Shown in pieces: positions 53,899 through 62,431 of a stretch of DNA of 64,000 bases; position 1 is the first letter of the stretch; the number at the start of each line of letters is the position of its first letter. The position numbers were made by a program, and so were the translations under genes. The notes under the pieces were generated by a model. That model was not told the origin of the DNA and made no database searches. It was given only the letters and a program-made list of their open reading frames with translations. Origin of the DNA: a virus (taxonomy: Duplodnaviria > Caudoviricetes); the IMG/VR virus record IMGVR_UViG_3300045837_000213, positions 1 to 64,000 of that record. One strand, given 5' to 3'.

Positions 53899-54016
53899 TA
53901 TCCGTTTCTCCTTGGTTGTGGTGAGTGGTCGGGTGAAGCGACGGGGCCGCGCCGGCGGCGAGGACGAGGAAGTCATGCGCCGCCGGCGCGCCGGGCCGCG
54001 CTATGGGGTGCGGGCT

Positions 54017-54436
54017 TTAGTAAGTCGCGCGCGTGACCGCGCCCGAAATCTGAAAGTCCGCCGTGAAGGAGACGAGCGCGTTCTGCGCGCCCGACTTCTT
54101 GAACGACGTGCAGTAGCAGTTGCCCGTGTATTTGACGTTGCCCGTGGCGCTCCCCTGCGGCCCCAGCTCGAACGCGACCGGTGTGGCGAAGCCGAGGAGC
54201 GCGCCGAGGTGGCCGTCGAGCGCGGCTGTCCAGTTGCCGCCGCCCGAGAACTTGTTGTCCTTGAAGCCGACCTCGAAGGTCTTGTCGGTGTCCTGGAAGG
54301 CGGTCGATTCCGCCATGTCCACCGCCTCGTCGAAGTCGAGCGTCTTGAAGTTGTTGCTGCGGTCGGTAACCACAGACGGCGCGCCTTGCGTGCCGATCTT
54401 GACGACGTATTTGCGTGAGTGAACAGCGCTGCCCAT
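54017..54436 (-). CDS. Major tail tube protein
   Basis: ESTAF.D..KTF..G.KD, FELGPQG, YTGNC, FTADFQISG. Confidence 0.82.
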   Translation of the reverse strand: MGSAVHSRKYVVKIGTQGAPSVVTDRSNNFKTLDFDEAVDMAESTAFQDTDKTFEVGFKDNKFSGGGNWTAALDGHLGALLGFATPVAFELGPQGSATGNVKYTGNCYCTSFKKSGAQNALVSFTADFQISGAVTRATY

Positions 54437-54532
54437 GTTGAGGTTCTCCTGTTGAGGGTTGAGGGTTGAACGGGGCGGCGCTCGTCGGCGTGGGCGAGCG
54501 CCGGATGCTGGCGGCTGGGGTTCGTGCGCCCC

Positions 54533-55291
54533 TTAGAACGGGTTGAGCGCGAAGGAGACGGCGAAGGTCGCGCCGTTCGTGCCGGTGAAGGTCCAGGTCG
54601 CGCGGACGTAGCGGCGCACGTTTCCGGCGACCGAGATCGGCTGGCCGCCAAGGGCGGTCACGGCGTTGAAAGTGCCGACGGTCGCCCAGCCCGTCAGCCC
54701 GTCCGCCGAGTCCTCGATCTGGACGGCGAGCGTGGTGGCCGAGCCGACGACGGTCGCGTGCAGGTTGGCGCGAAAGCCGACCTGGGAGGCCGCCCCAAGG
54801 TCGAGGACGGCGGACGAGGCGTTCGTCGTGCGGGCGAGCAGTCGCGCGAGCGTGTAGCCGTAGCGAAGGCCGCCGTCCGCCTGCATGTCGGCCATGCAGG
54901 AGATGAGGTTGTCCGCCGGCGCCTGCACGCTGTAACGCGTGAGCTTCGTCGAGAAGAGCGTCGCCGAGACGCCGTCCGCCGCCATCCCCTCGTGGGCGAC
55001 GGTCACGGCGTAGGCTTGCGTGGCGACGCCGATGATCTGCGAGAGGACGTCGTCGACCAGGTCCCGGTTGAGCGGGTTGGCGTCGCCGGCGTTCGCGGAG
55101 AAGAGGCCGGAGAGCGACGCCTTGCCGTCGGGCACGGCGGGCGCGAACGACTTGTCGTTTGTCGGCTCGTCGAAGCAGGTCGAGTCGAGCGCCGCCGCGC
55201 TGCCCTCCGTGTCGACTTTGTTGAAGAAGTTCGAGAGGTCGTAGCCGTCGACGAGGACTTTCGTCTTCCGTGAGTGAATTGCGCTGCCCAT
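54533..55291 (-). CDS. Second tail-tube-like protein with extra C-terminal beta domain
   Basis: Shares MGSA(I/V)HSRK start and DSTCF..KSF...DG motif with 54017-54436. Confidence 0.72.
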   Translation of the reverse strand: MGSAIHSRKTKVLVDGYDLSNFFNKVDTEGSAAALDSTCFDEPTNDKSFAPAVPDGKASLSGLFSANAGDANPLNRDLVDDVLSQIIGVATQAYAVTVAHEGMAADGVSATLFSTKLTRYSVQAPADNLISCMADMQADGGLRYGYTLARLLARTTNASSAVLDLGAASQVGFRANLHATVVGSATTLAVQIEDSADGLTGWATVGTFNAVTALGGQPISVAGNVRRYVRATWTFTGTNGATFAVSFALNPF

Positions 55292-55332
55292 CTTTGAGGT
55301 TCTCCTGTTGAGGGTTGGCGGTTTCGAGCTGC

Positions 55333-55803
55333 TTACGGCCTGTCCACCAGGATCTCGAAGCGAACGCCCTGGCTCACCTGGTCGCGCGCGTTCGGCCCCT
55401 GGCTCGCCGCGGGCGGGACTCCCGTGTAGGGGCGGCAGTTGAGGAGTTCGTACCCGGCGATGGAAAGCTGCGCGTCGGTGAGGACGCGCCGGACGTGGCC
55501 GACCAGAGTCGAGCAGATCTGCTCGCCCGTCATCACGCCGTCGCGGTCTTCGGCCCAGGCCGTGAACTCGTAGGGGTATCGCTCCTCGGCCGGGCCGCCG
55601 AACGTGTAGCCGTATCCGGGCGTGAGCGCGCGGAAGGTGACGAACGGGAGCGGAGTCCCGTCGTCGGCCTGCACGTTCCAGACTCCGCCCTGCGGCGCGC
55701 CCTGCTGCCCGAACAGCGAGACGTAGAACGCGCCGAGTTGCAGGTCGCCGGCGAGCGCCGCGTAGAGCGCTTCGTTGATCGGGTCTGTCGCGTCGTCGGC
55801 CAT
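55333..55803 (-). CDS. Tail terminator/completion protein (DUF3168-like)
   Basis: ALYAALAGD..L, PLPFVTF; position. Confidence 0.7.
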   Translation of the reverse strand: MADDATDPINEALYAALAGDLQLGAFYVSLFGQQGAPQGGVWNVQADDGTPLPFVTFRALTPGYGYTFGGPAEERYPYEFTAWAEDRDGVMTGEQICSTLVGHVRRVLTDAQLSIAGYELLNCRPYTGVPPAASQGPNARDQVSQGVRFEILVDRP

Positions 55804-56205
55804 TTAGTTGAGGGCGAAGATTTGGGCGAGGTCGCGGTTGAGAGAGTCGCGGCACGCCTCGAAGGCGGCCAGGAGGAAGGGGTTGCCGGCGTAGTGGCCG
55901 TTGCCGTTATGTACCCACAGCGCGTAAGGCGCGGTATAGGCGACCGACTTGGCGACGCCGGACTGCCGCCCGTCGCCGACGGTGCTGGCGTAGTCAATGA
56001 TCTGCCCGGACTTCTTGAGGAAGTCGGGGTGAGGGTTCCCCTGCGCGTCAACGTATTGGCGGTCGCCGACGTTGACTAACTGCTGCGAGATGGCGAGGAC
56101 GTTTCTGGCCCACGCGTTGATGCATCGGCCCGCGCGCGGCCTCAGCTGCTGACGCAACTCCGCGACGCGGTTGCGCTGCGTGACCTTGTACTGGATGAAG
56201 GGCAT
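55804..56205 (-). CDS. HK97 gp10-like neck protein
   Basis: APYALWVHNG...GNPFL. Confidence 0.72.
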   Translation of the reverse strand: MPFIQYKVTQRNRVAELRQQLRPRAGRCINAWARNVLAISQQLVNVGDRQYVDAQGNPHPDFLKKSGQIIDYASTVGDGRQSGVAKSVAYTAPYALWVHNGNGHYAGNPFLLAAFEACRDSLNRDLAQIFALN

Positions 56206-56245
56206 CCCTCGTCACCACGGCTTTTTCAAACATCGCCCCGCGCCC

Positions 56246-56671
56246 TCAGCGCGCCGCGCTGTTCTGCTCCTCGACCGTGACGATCTCGCGCACCACGCCG
56301 TTGAGGATGACGGAGCGCACGACCTCGACCTCCGTGACGGCGGGCTGCTCGCCGCGGGCGAGGATGGTCAGCTTGTCGAGGGTCGTGCAGTCGACGGAGG
56401 CCGCGCACAGCACGCGGCGGAAGATGACGGGAACTCTTCGCTTGGCGGCGATCTGCTCGAGTTCCAGCCCGCGCCGCTCCATCGTCGAGACGGCGAGGGC
56501 GGAGAAGGGGGTCTGAGTCGTCGCCGTGTAGCGTTTGATCGTGCCGCCGCGACCGTCGGAGACCGGGGCCGCCGAGCGAAGCACGTAGAAGGAGTCGGTG
56601 CCTTCGGCGGCGGCCAGCGCCGCGACGGTCGGGGCGAGGCGGTCGAGGAGTTTTCCGAGTGCGAGCGACAT
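56246..56671 (-). CDS. Head closure/head-tail adaptor
   Basis: SDGRGG motif; position. Confidence 0.6.
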   Translation of the reverse strand: MSLALGKLLDRLAPTVAALAAAEGTDSFYVLRSAAPVSDGRGGTIKRYTATTQTPFSALAVSTMERRGLELEQIAAKRRVPVIFRRVLCAASVDCTTLDKLTILARGEQPAVTEVEVVRSVILNGVVREIVTVEEQNSAAR

Positions 56672-56677
56672 TTCCCT

Positions 56678-57205
56678 TTACGCCCTCACGATGCGCACGC
56701 CGCCCGGCCCGGCGGTCAGCCACGGCGCGATGAAGTTCAGCACCCGCGGCGGCAGGTCGTCCTCGTTGGGGAGTTGCTCCCTCATCTCGAATTCCAGGAC
56801 GTTCGCGACGTGGAGCGACTTGAACTGCCTGAGGGCCTGGTCGACGACGAGCGTCGGGTCCTGCCTGAGGTAGAAGAGCGCCAGCTCGCAGCAGGCGAAC
56901 TTCACCGGCGGGATGACGTTCTCCTGCGGGTAGAAGTAGCCGTGGTCGTCTTCGAGCCAGAAGCGCGGGTGCTTCAGGGCCTGCGTGACGTGAGTCGGGA
57001 GCGAAACCCACTGGAGGCGTTCGAGCCTGCGCGTCGCCTTGCACAAAGCCTGCTCCTTCTTCAGGAGGTCGGGCGGGTTCGTGTTGACGAGCGCGTTCCA
57101 CTCCGCCGCGTAGAGTTCGCCGCCGAAGTAGTCGTCGGCGAACTCCACGGTGCAGTAGCTGTTGGAAGTCGTCCCGCCTTCGGTCGCGTCAAAGAGGAAT
57201 GCCAT
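56678..57205 (-). CDS. Head-tail connector (DnaT-like annotated family)
   Basis: NSYCTVEFADDYF, QALKHPR, IPPVKFACCELA. Confidence 0.78.
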   Translation of the reverse strand: MAFLFDATEGGTTSNSYCTVEFADDYFGGELYAAEWNALVNTNPPDLLKKEQALCKATRRLERLQWVSLPTHVTQALKHPRFWLEDDHGYFYPQENVIPPVKFACCELALFYLRQDPTLVVDQALRQFKSLHVANVLEFEMREQLPNEDDLPPRVLNFIAPWLTAGPGGVRIVRA

Positions 57206-57329
57206 CTGCCGGTACCCGGATGAGAGGAAGCGGGGCGCGTCAAGGAGAGGAACCCGCGCCCCGGCGGCGCCGACCTGGTGGGGGAGCGCGCGCGGTGTGT
57301 GGCGCGCGCGCAGCCAGCGCCGGAGAGGT

Positions 57330-57650
57330 TTACTTAGCCGCGGGCGTTTCGGCCTCGGCCTTCGCCTCGGATTCCTTCCTGGCCTTCGCCTCGGCGTCTG
57401 CCTTAGCTTTGGCTTCCGCCTTCGCCTTGGCCTGCGCCTCGCGCTTCGCTTTGGCCTCCGCCTCAGCCGCGGCCTTGGCAGCCTCTTCAGCCTCCGCCTT
57501 AGCTTTCGCTTCAGCCTCGGCGCGCTCGCGCTCGGCGTCCTCGAAGAGCTTGTGCGTCGAGGCGTCGAAGTCGCTCTCGTTGATCGTGGCGAAGCCGCTC
57601 GGCGCGCCTTCGTGCGCGATCCTTACTGTCGGAACCTTCATGGTCGTCAC
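57330..57650 (-). CDS. Small Ala/Lys/Glu-rich capsid-adjacent protein
   Basis: PTVRI...INESDFD..TH N-terminus plus AKAEA repeats. Confidence 0.65.
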   Translation of the reverse strand: MTTMKVPTVRIAHEGAPSGFATINESDFDASTHKLFEDAERERAEAEAKAKAEAEEAAKAAAEAEAKAKREAQAKAKAEAKAKADAEAKARKESEAKAEAETPAAK

Positions 57651-57809
57651 GTCTCTCCCTTGTTGAGTCGAGTGGGTGAAATTCCTGCGCGGAAGTTAAG
57701 GCCCAGCGTCTTCCGGGAATCGCTTACGTTTTCTCATATCACCGTGGGGTTAATGAGAATACAAAGAACCCCCGGAAGACGATTGCCTTAACCTATTCGC
57801 CGGAGGCTG

Positions 57810-58943
57810 TTAACCCAGAAGGATGGCGGCGTGGTCGGGCTTGATGAGGGCGACCCCCCAAGCAAGGCTCAGCTCGTAACGCACCCTTCTATATTGCGGA
57901 TAAACCGCCACCTCAAATGAGAGGCCGGAACGCGGATCGGTAATGATCTCGCGGTCGGTCGCCATGTCGCCCTCCTCGGGGAGTGCGGGCGGCCTGGCGA
58001 CGAGGATCACGGCGCTGCGGTGGAAGGCCATGTTCGCCGTGTAGGAGTTGCCCACGGTCAGGGCGTCCGACGCCGAGTGCGCCAGGCGCAGGCCCGGCGA
58101 GTTCAGCACGATTGAGCCGGGCGCGTTGATGCCCGTGCCGACCACGTACTTGTTCGCGTCGCCCGCGATGGTCACGATGTCGCCGGCGTTGACGTTGCCG
58201 GTGCCGGTGATGAGCGCGATGGACGTGTCCTTCACGGCCTGGTTGGCGGAGAGGACGTAAGAAGCGCCGTTGCCCTTCGTGACCTGCTTGATCTGCGCGG
58301 ACTCGCGGATCTGCATGCCGAAGAGGTTCAGGAGGACGCCCTGGCGGAGCAGCTCGTCGCCGCCCGCCTCGTTCGCCTTCGTCAACTGCGTGTTCGAGCG
58401 CATGTTGGCGCCGGCGTTCGTGTCGATGATGAGGTGCACGTCGCCCTCGGGCGCGCCGTTGTCCTTGAGGATCTTGAGGACCTGCGCGGCGTCGCCGACG
58501 CCCGTGGCGAACGGGGTCGTGCCGGCGGTGCCGTAGGCGCGGGAGGCGCGGTTGAAGAGGCCGGCCAGGTCAGACTCGACCTCGTTGCAGGCGGCGCGCA
58601 TTGCCTGCGCGATCTGCTGCACCTTGATCGAGCGGTAGCCGACGCCGGTGTTCATTCCCTTCTGCTCCTCACCCTGCCAGCGGAAGGGGAAGGTGCGCGA
58701 CTTGGTGATCGAGAGCGTCGTGTTGCCCACGGTCTGGTCGCCGGTGTCGGGCGGTAAGCTTCCGGGCGTGGTGTTCTCGCCCGTCGAGGCCGGCGTGACG
58801 GGCACGCGGATCGTCTGGTTGAGCGCGGCGCGCTCGGCGGATGCGTCGAGCGTGACAGCCGGTATGAAGCCGACTAATTCACGACTCACAATGTCCAGGG
58901 CCTCGTAAAGGTCCGGAAACATATTCGACAAACTGTTGGCCAT
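57810..58943 (-). CDS. Major capsid protein (P22-coat-like family)
   Basis: ALDIVSRELVGFIPAV, NMAFHRSA, DPRSGLSFEV, AWGV...P. Confidence 0.9.
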   Translation of the reverse strand: MANSLSNMFPDLYEALDIVSRELVGFIPAVTLDASAERAALNQTIRVPVTPASTGENTTPGSLPPDTGDQTVGNTTLSITKSRTFPFRWQGEEQKGMNTGVGYRSIKVQQIAQAMRAACNEVESDLAGLFNRASRAYGTAGTTPFATGVGDAAQVLKILKDNGAPEGDVHLIIDTNAGANMRSNTQLTKANEAGGDELLRQGVLLNLFGMQIRESAQIKQVTKGNGASYVLSANQAVKDTSIALITGTGNVNAGDIVTIAGDANKYVVGTGINAPGSIVLNSPGLRLAHSASDALTVGNSYTANMAFHRSAVILVARPPALPEEGDMATDREIITDPRSGLSFEVAVYPQYRRVRYELSLAWGVALIKPDHAAILLG

Positions 58944-59070
58944 GTTGAGGTTTCCTTTTTGGTGGGTTGAGGTCGGTTGGTGTCGTGGGGGGCGCGCGCG
59001 CTATGCGGACGCGCCCCGCTTTCACGAACTCGTGGGCCGCGGTCTATGGAAGGCCGCGGGCGTTCTTGTT

Positions 59071-59850
59071 TTAGTCTTCGACCTTGCCGCCTTCCTTGAA
59101 GAAGGTCATGCGCTCCTGCGCGCCCATCTGCTCGAACTCCTGCCGCTTGACAGACTTCTTCGAGGAGCCGCCCGCCGCGCCGCCCGCCGGCGAGCCGGAG
59201 CCGGAGCCGCCGGTCGGCGCGTAGAACTTGGGCTTCTGCTCCTTGAACTGCTTGCCGAAGAAGTCTTCGAGCGAAGAGCCGGAGTCTTTGCCGTCCGCGC
59301 CGAGGACGACGACCTGGCCCTCCTGCGAGAGGTCGAAGCGCGAGGCGGTGAGGGTCATCACGTCCTCGATGTCGTCGGCGAGCACGCCCGCGTGGAGCGC
59401 GGCGGCCCGCACCTTGTCGTCGAGTTGAAACTTGCGGAGCGCGCGGTCGCGCTCGGCGATCGTCGCGTCGCGCGCCTCGATCTCCTTGATCTTGGCGTCG
59501 AGGGCCTTCTGCGCCTTATCGCGCTCGGCGGCGAGCAGCTCTTCGAACTTGCCCTTGTCCTTGAGCTTCTTCTCCTCGGCGTCGGCGAGCGCCTGCAAGG
59601 CCTCGCGCGCTTTGTCGGGGTCGATGTCCTTGTAGCGCTCGTAATCGCCCTTGAGCCGCTCGATCTCTTTATTCGCCGTCCGGCGGGCCTCGCGCTCGCG
59701 CTCCAGCGCCGTGCGCAGCTCCGCGCCGTCGTCGATCTCGATCTCGTCGAGGTGGAACTTCTTGTCTTCTCCTTCGGTGTACCTGCCGCGATATGCCTCC
59801 GGCACGTCGTTCAGGCTGTCGACTACTGACTTGAGTGTGATTTTCGGCAT
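59071..59850 (-). CDS. Capsid scaffolding protein
   Basis: Coiled coil, GGSGSG linker, GGKVED end; upstream of the capsid gene. Confidence 0.82.
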   Translation of the reverse strand: MPKITLKSVVDSLNDVPEAYRGRYTEGEDKKFHLDEIEIDDGAELRTALEREREARRTANKEIERLKGDYERYKDIDPDKAREALQALADAEEKKLKDKGKFEELLAAERDKAQKALDAKIKEIEARDATIAERDRALRKFQLDDKVRAAALHAGVLADDIEDVMTLTASRFDLSQEGQVVVLGADGKDSGSSLEDFFGKQFKEQKPKFYAPTGGSGSGSPAGGAAGGSSKKSVKRQEFEQMGAQERMTFFKEGGKVED

Positions 59851-60264
59851 TGTGAGCACCGCTCCTTTGCGCGGGGTCGCGACGGGCGCCGCCCGGTCGC
59901 TTTGTGGTGGGTAATTGGTGGGTCGTCTTGCGGGCTAAAGAAAAACCGCCCGCCATTAACGAAACTGCCCCGTGAGTCATCCCGACTCTTGGGCGGCTTG
60001 GTTAATCGCGGGCGGAGCGGTTTTCCGGTCGGCCCGTCTGTGCTGGAGCGCTCTCGTCAGCTCTGCCGCCGCGCCGGCCTGCGCGAGGCTCGTGCGGCGG
60101 AGGCGTTCGAGCGCCTTAATGACCTTAGCATAGTCGGCGTCCGATCCGTCAAGCAAATTATTCAAATCGCATTGCTCGTTGTGCATGGCGGGCGCGGGAA
60201 GTCTCTTTCCGTGAGGCCCTTAACTTGGGAAAGAATTTTTGGAAGGAGGGGAGTCGGGCCGCCT

Positions 60265-60561
60265 TCAGGCGGCGGCCTGCGGTTCGAGGTCTGCGGCCTT
60301 GGAGAAGGAGAGGAGCGTCACGGGGAGGCCTTTCTTATCCCAGTCCGTCAGCGTGGTGAATTCCGCCGTGTCGCCGACCTTGAGGGCGCGGTACAGGCGG
60401 TCGAAGTCTTCCGCGGGGATGATGGCGGAGAGCGTGGCGTGCCTGGTCTGGCCTTCAACGTCACGGCCCGTGACGATGTAAACGACGCGCGCGGGGCGGT
60501 CGCCCTCCGCGGCCTTGATGGCCGTGATCCTTCCTCGGCTTGTGGCCCGCGTTTCGCTCAT
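60265..60561 (-). CDS. Hypothetical protein
   Basis: Coupled to the upstream gene. Confidence 0.5.
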   Translation of the reverse strand: MSETRATSRGRITAIKAAEGDRPARVVYIVTGRDVEGQTRHATLSAIIPAEDFDRLYRALKVGDTAEFTTLTDWDKKGLPVTLLSFSKAADLEPQAAA

Positions 60562-61619
60562 CGCTTCCCCCTCGGCGGCAGCCGTCGATTAAGAGGCGGC
60601 AAATCTGGAGGGGCTACTCCGGTGCCTCCGGTTTGGACATTCACCCCCCGCAATAGATCGTAAATGGCTATCTGATTATAACGGCGCGCGAGGTCCTCGG
60701 CGACTGTTTTTTCGACCGTGGCGACCAGGTCGAGGTAGGTCAACTCTTCAGTCGGGTTGAACCAGCTCCCGACCGAATAGCGTGAGTCCTTCAAAAGCTC
60801 CAGGTTGTCGACGATGAAGGATTTGACTTTCCCTGTCGGGAGGGCGCGACCGGGATATTGCCGGGTGATCTCGCCGTTCGGGAAAGGGGAGACGGCGAAA
60901 AGCGGTAGCCCTCGCATGTCGCCTCTGAACGGGTTGACGGTCGCGCCGCCTTTCGACTCGTGAAGCGTGACCACCTTCTCGGCAATCGCGCCTATGTTGA
61001 CGGAGCGGAATTCGACCTCGCACCGGCAAAACTGCATACACTCCTGCGAGCCGATCTCTTCCAGCTCGTCGAGCGGCACCCACGAAAGCGCCTCCTGCTC
61101 CACACACCCGTCGCAGTGCTCGGTCGCGACCGCGCCCGTCTGCCGCCGCGCCTCTACCAACTGCTCCGTGTCAGCCATGCGCCCGGCCATCGTCCGCCAG
61201 AAGGCGACGCGGGCGTTCGCCGCGTAGGAGGCGGCGCGCGACCGCACCAGCCCCGAAGTGATCCTCAGGCGACCGGAGCTGAGGTCGCGGGCGAATGATT
61301 CGAGGTGCGTGTACTCCTTCTTCAGTCTTGCGCCGACCCGGCCCCAGTCCGCCTTCGTCATCTGACTGAAGCCGCCGGCGGCAGCCGCCGCGCTCACGGC
61401 GTGGAGCGAGCGGAGTTCGGCGCGCATCCCCTGCTGAAACTCTTTCGTGGTGATCGCGCCACGCTGGAGGTCGGCGGCGAGCGCGCGCATCCGCGAGGCC
61501 GCGCGGCGGTTCACGGAGTCGAGCGCGCGCATCACGTCCGGGCGCGGCACGTACCGGCCCGTCGAAGTGTCGCGGTAGCGCAGCGAGAGTCTGTCCCAGG
61601 CGTAGCGCGGATTAAGCAT
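60558..61619 (-). CDS. Minor head (Mu gpF-like) protein with additional C-terminal domain
   Basis: RYRDTSTGRYV, EHCDGC...EC...CRC; C-terminal VGSW...YLD...NQIAIYDL. Confidence 0.7.
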   Translation of the reverse strand: MLNPRYAWDRLSLRYRDTSTGRYVPRPDVMRALDSVNRRAASRMRALAADLQRGAITTKEFQQGMRAELRSLHAVSAAAAAGGFSQMTKADWGRVGARLKKEYTHLESFARDLSSGRLRITSGLVRSRAASYAANARVAFWRTMAGRMADTEQLVEARRQTGAVATEHCDGCVEQEALSWVPLDELEEIGSQECMQFCRCEVEFRSVNIGAIAEKVVTLHESKGGATVNPFRGDMRGLPLFAVSPFPNGEITRQYPGRALPTGKVKSFIVDNLELLKDSRYSVGSWFNPTEELTYLDLVATVEKTVAEDLARRYNQIAIYDLLRGVNVQTGGTGVAPPDLPPLNRRLPPRGKR

Positions 61620-61630
61620 CGGAGACTGTG

Positions 61631-62197
61631 TCAGGTGTGGAGGACGGTGAAGGGCGAGCGCACCGACGCGTTGCAAGCCTCGGAGCATTCGAGCGCGATC
61701 TCGAGCTTGCGCCGGGCCGGGATCTCCTTGAATGGGAGGAGCGCGAGAAGTGCGCCCCGCGCTTCCGGGCCGCCCGACCCAGCGGTCGCTATCTCGCCGG
61801 CGTTAAGGCCGACGTTGTAATCGCTCTCGAGGGTGAAGAGGCGCGCGCCGCAGGCGACGACCATCTCCGACTGCTGGTTGCTCCGTTCGGAGCCGACCTG
61901 CACGATCTCGGCGACGCCCTCCTCCTTCAGCACGAACCGCAGGGCCGGGATGAACTTGCCGACGAGAAAAGCCTCGAACTCCGAATCGGTCTTCAGGCCG
62001 CGCGGTAGGGGCGGCGGCTGGAAGAGGTGGCGCAGCACCTGCATCTGGCGGTAGCTGCCGGCGCAGCCGAAGACGTAGCCGCGGTTGAAGAAGACCTTCG
62101 GCTGGCGGCGCACGATGAGGTCGTTGTTGTAAGTGGCCGCGGCGTCGCCCCCCACGTAAGCTTTGCCGCCTTCGACGAATGCTGCGATACAAGTCAT
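61631..62197 (-). CDS. HslV/proteasome-like Ntn protease
   Basis: N-terminal MTCI (Thr nucleophile), GGD, KVF, GCAGS, GSGG..A.GAL. Confidence 0.82.
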   Translation of the reverse strand: MTCIAAFVEGGKAYVGGDAAATYNNDLIVRRQPKVFFNRGYVFGCAGSYRQMQVLRHLFQPPPLPRGLKTDSEFEAFLVGKFIPALRFVLKEEGVAEIVQVGSERSNQQSEMVVACGARLFTLESDYNVGLNAGEIATAGSGGPEARGALLALLPFKEIPARRKLEIALECSEACNASVRSPFTVLHT

Positions 62198-62431
62198 CAG
62201 TTTTCAGGTTCGGCTTCGAGAAGGGCCGCGAGGAAGGGGCTGGCGCGGCGCACGTAAGCGCGCGCCTCCGACGGGTCGCGCGACAGTTTTTCGGCGTCCT
62301 CGCGCGCGAGCCGTTCGATCTGTGCGGGAGTCCACTGCTCGCCCTTGCCCGGACGCGCCGGCGACTCAGGTTCTTTCTTCATGTCCGAGGGCTATTTGCG
62401 GAATGCGGAATCGAGACGTTGAAAAAAAAGT

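Noticed and set aside
58870-58915. Capsid N-terminus (YEALDIVSRELV) as target of array 4
   Set aside because: Needs an extra unit, and the central dinucleotides do not match.
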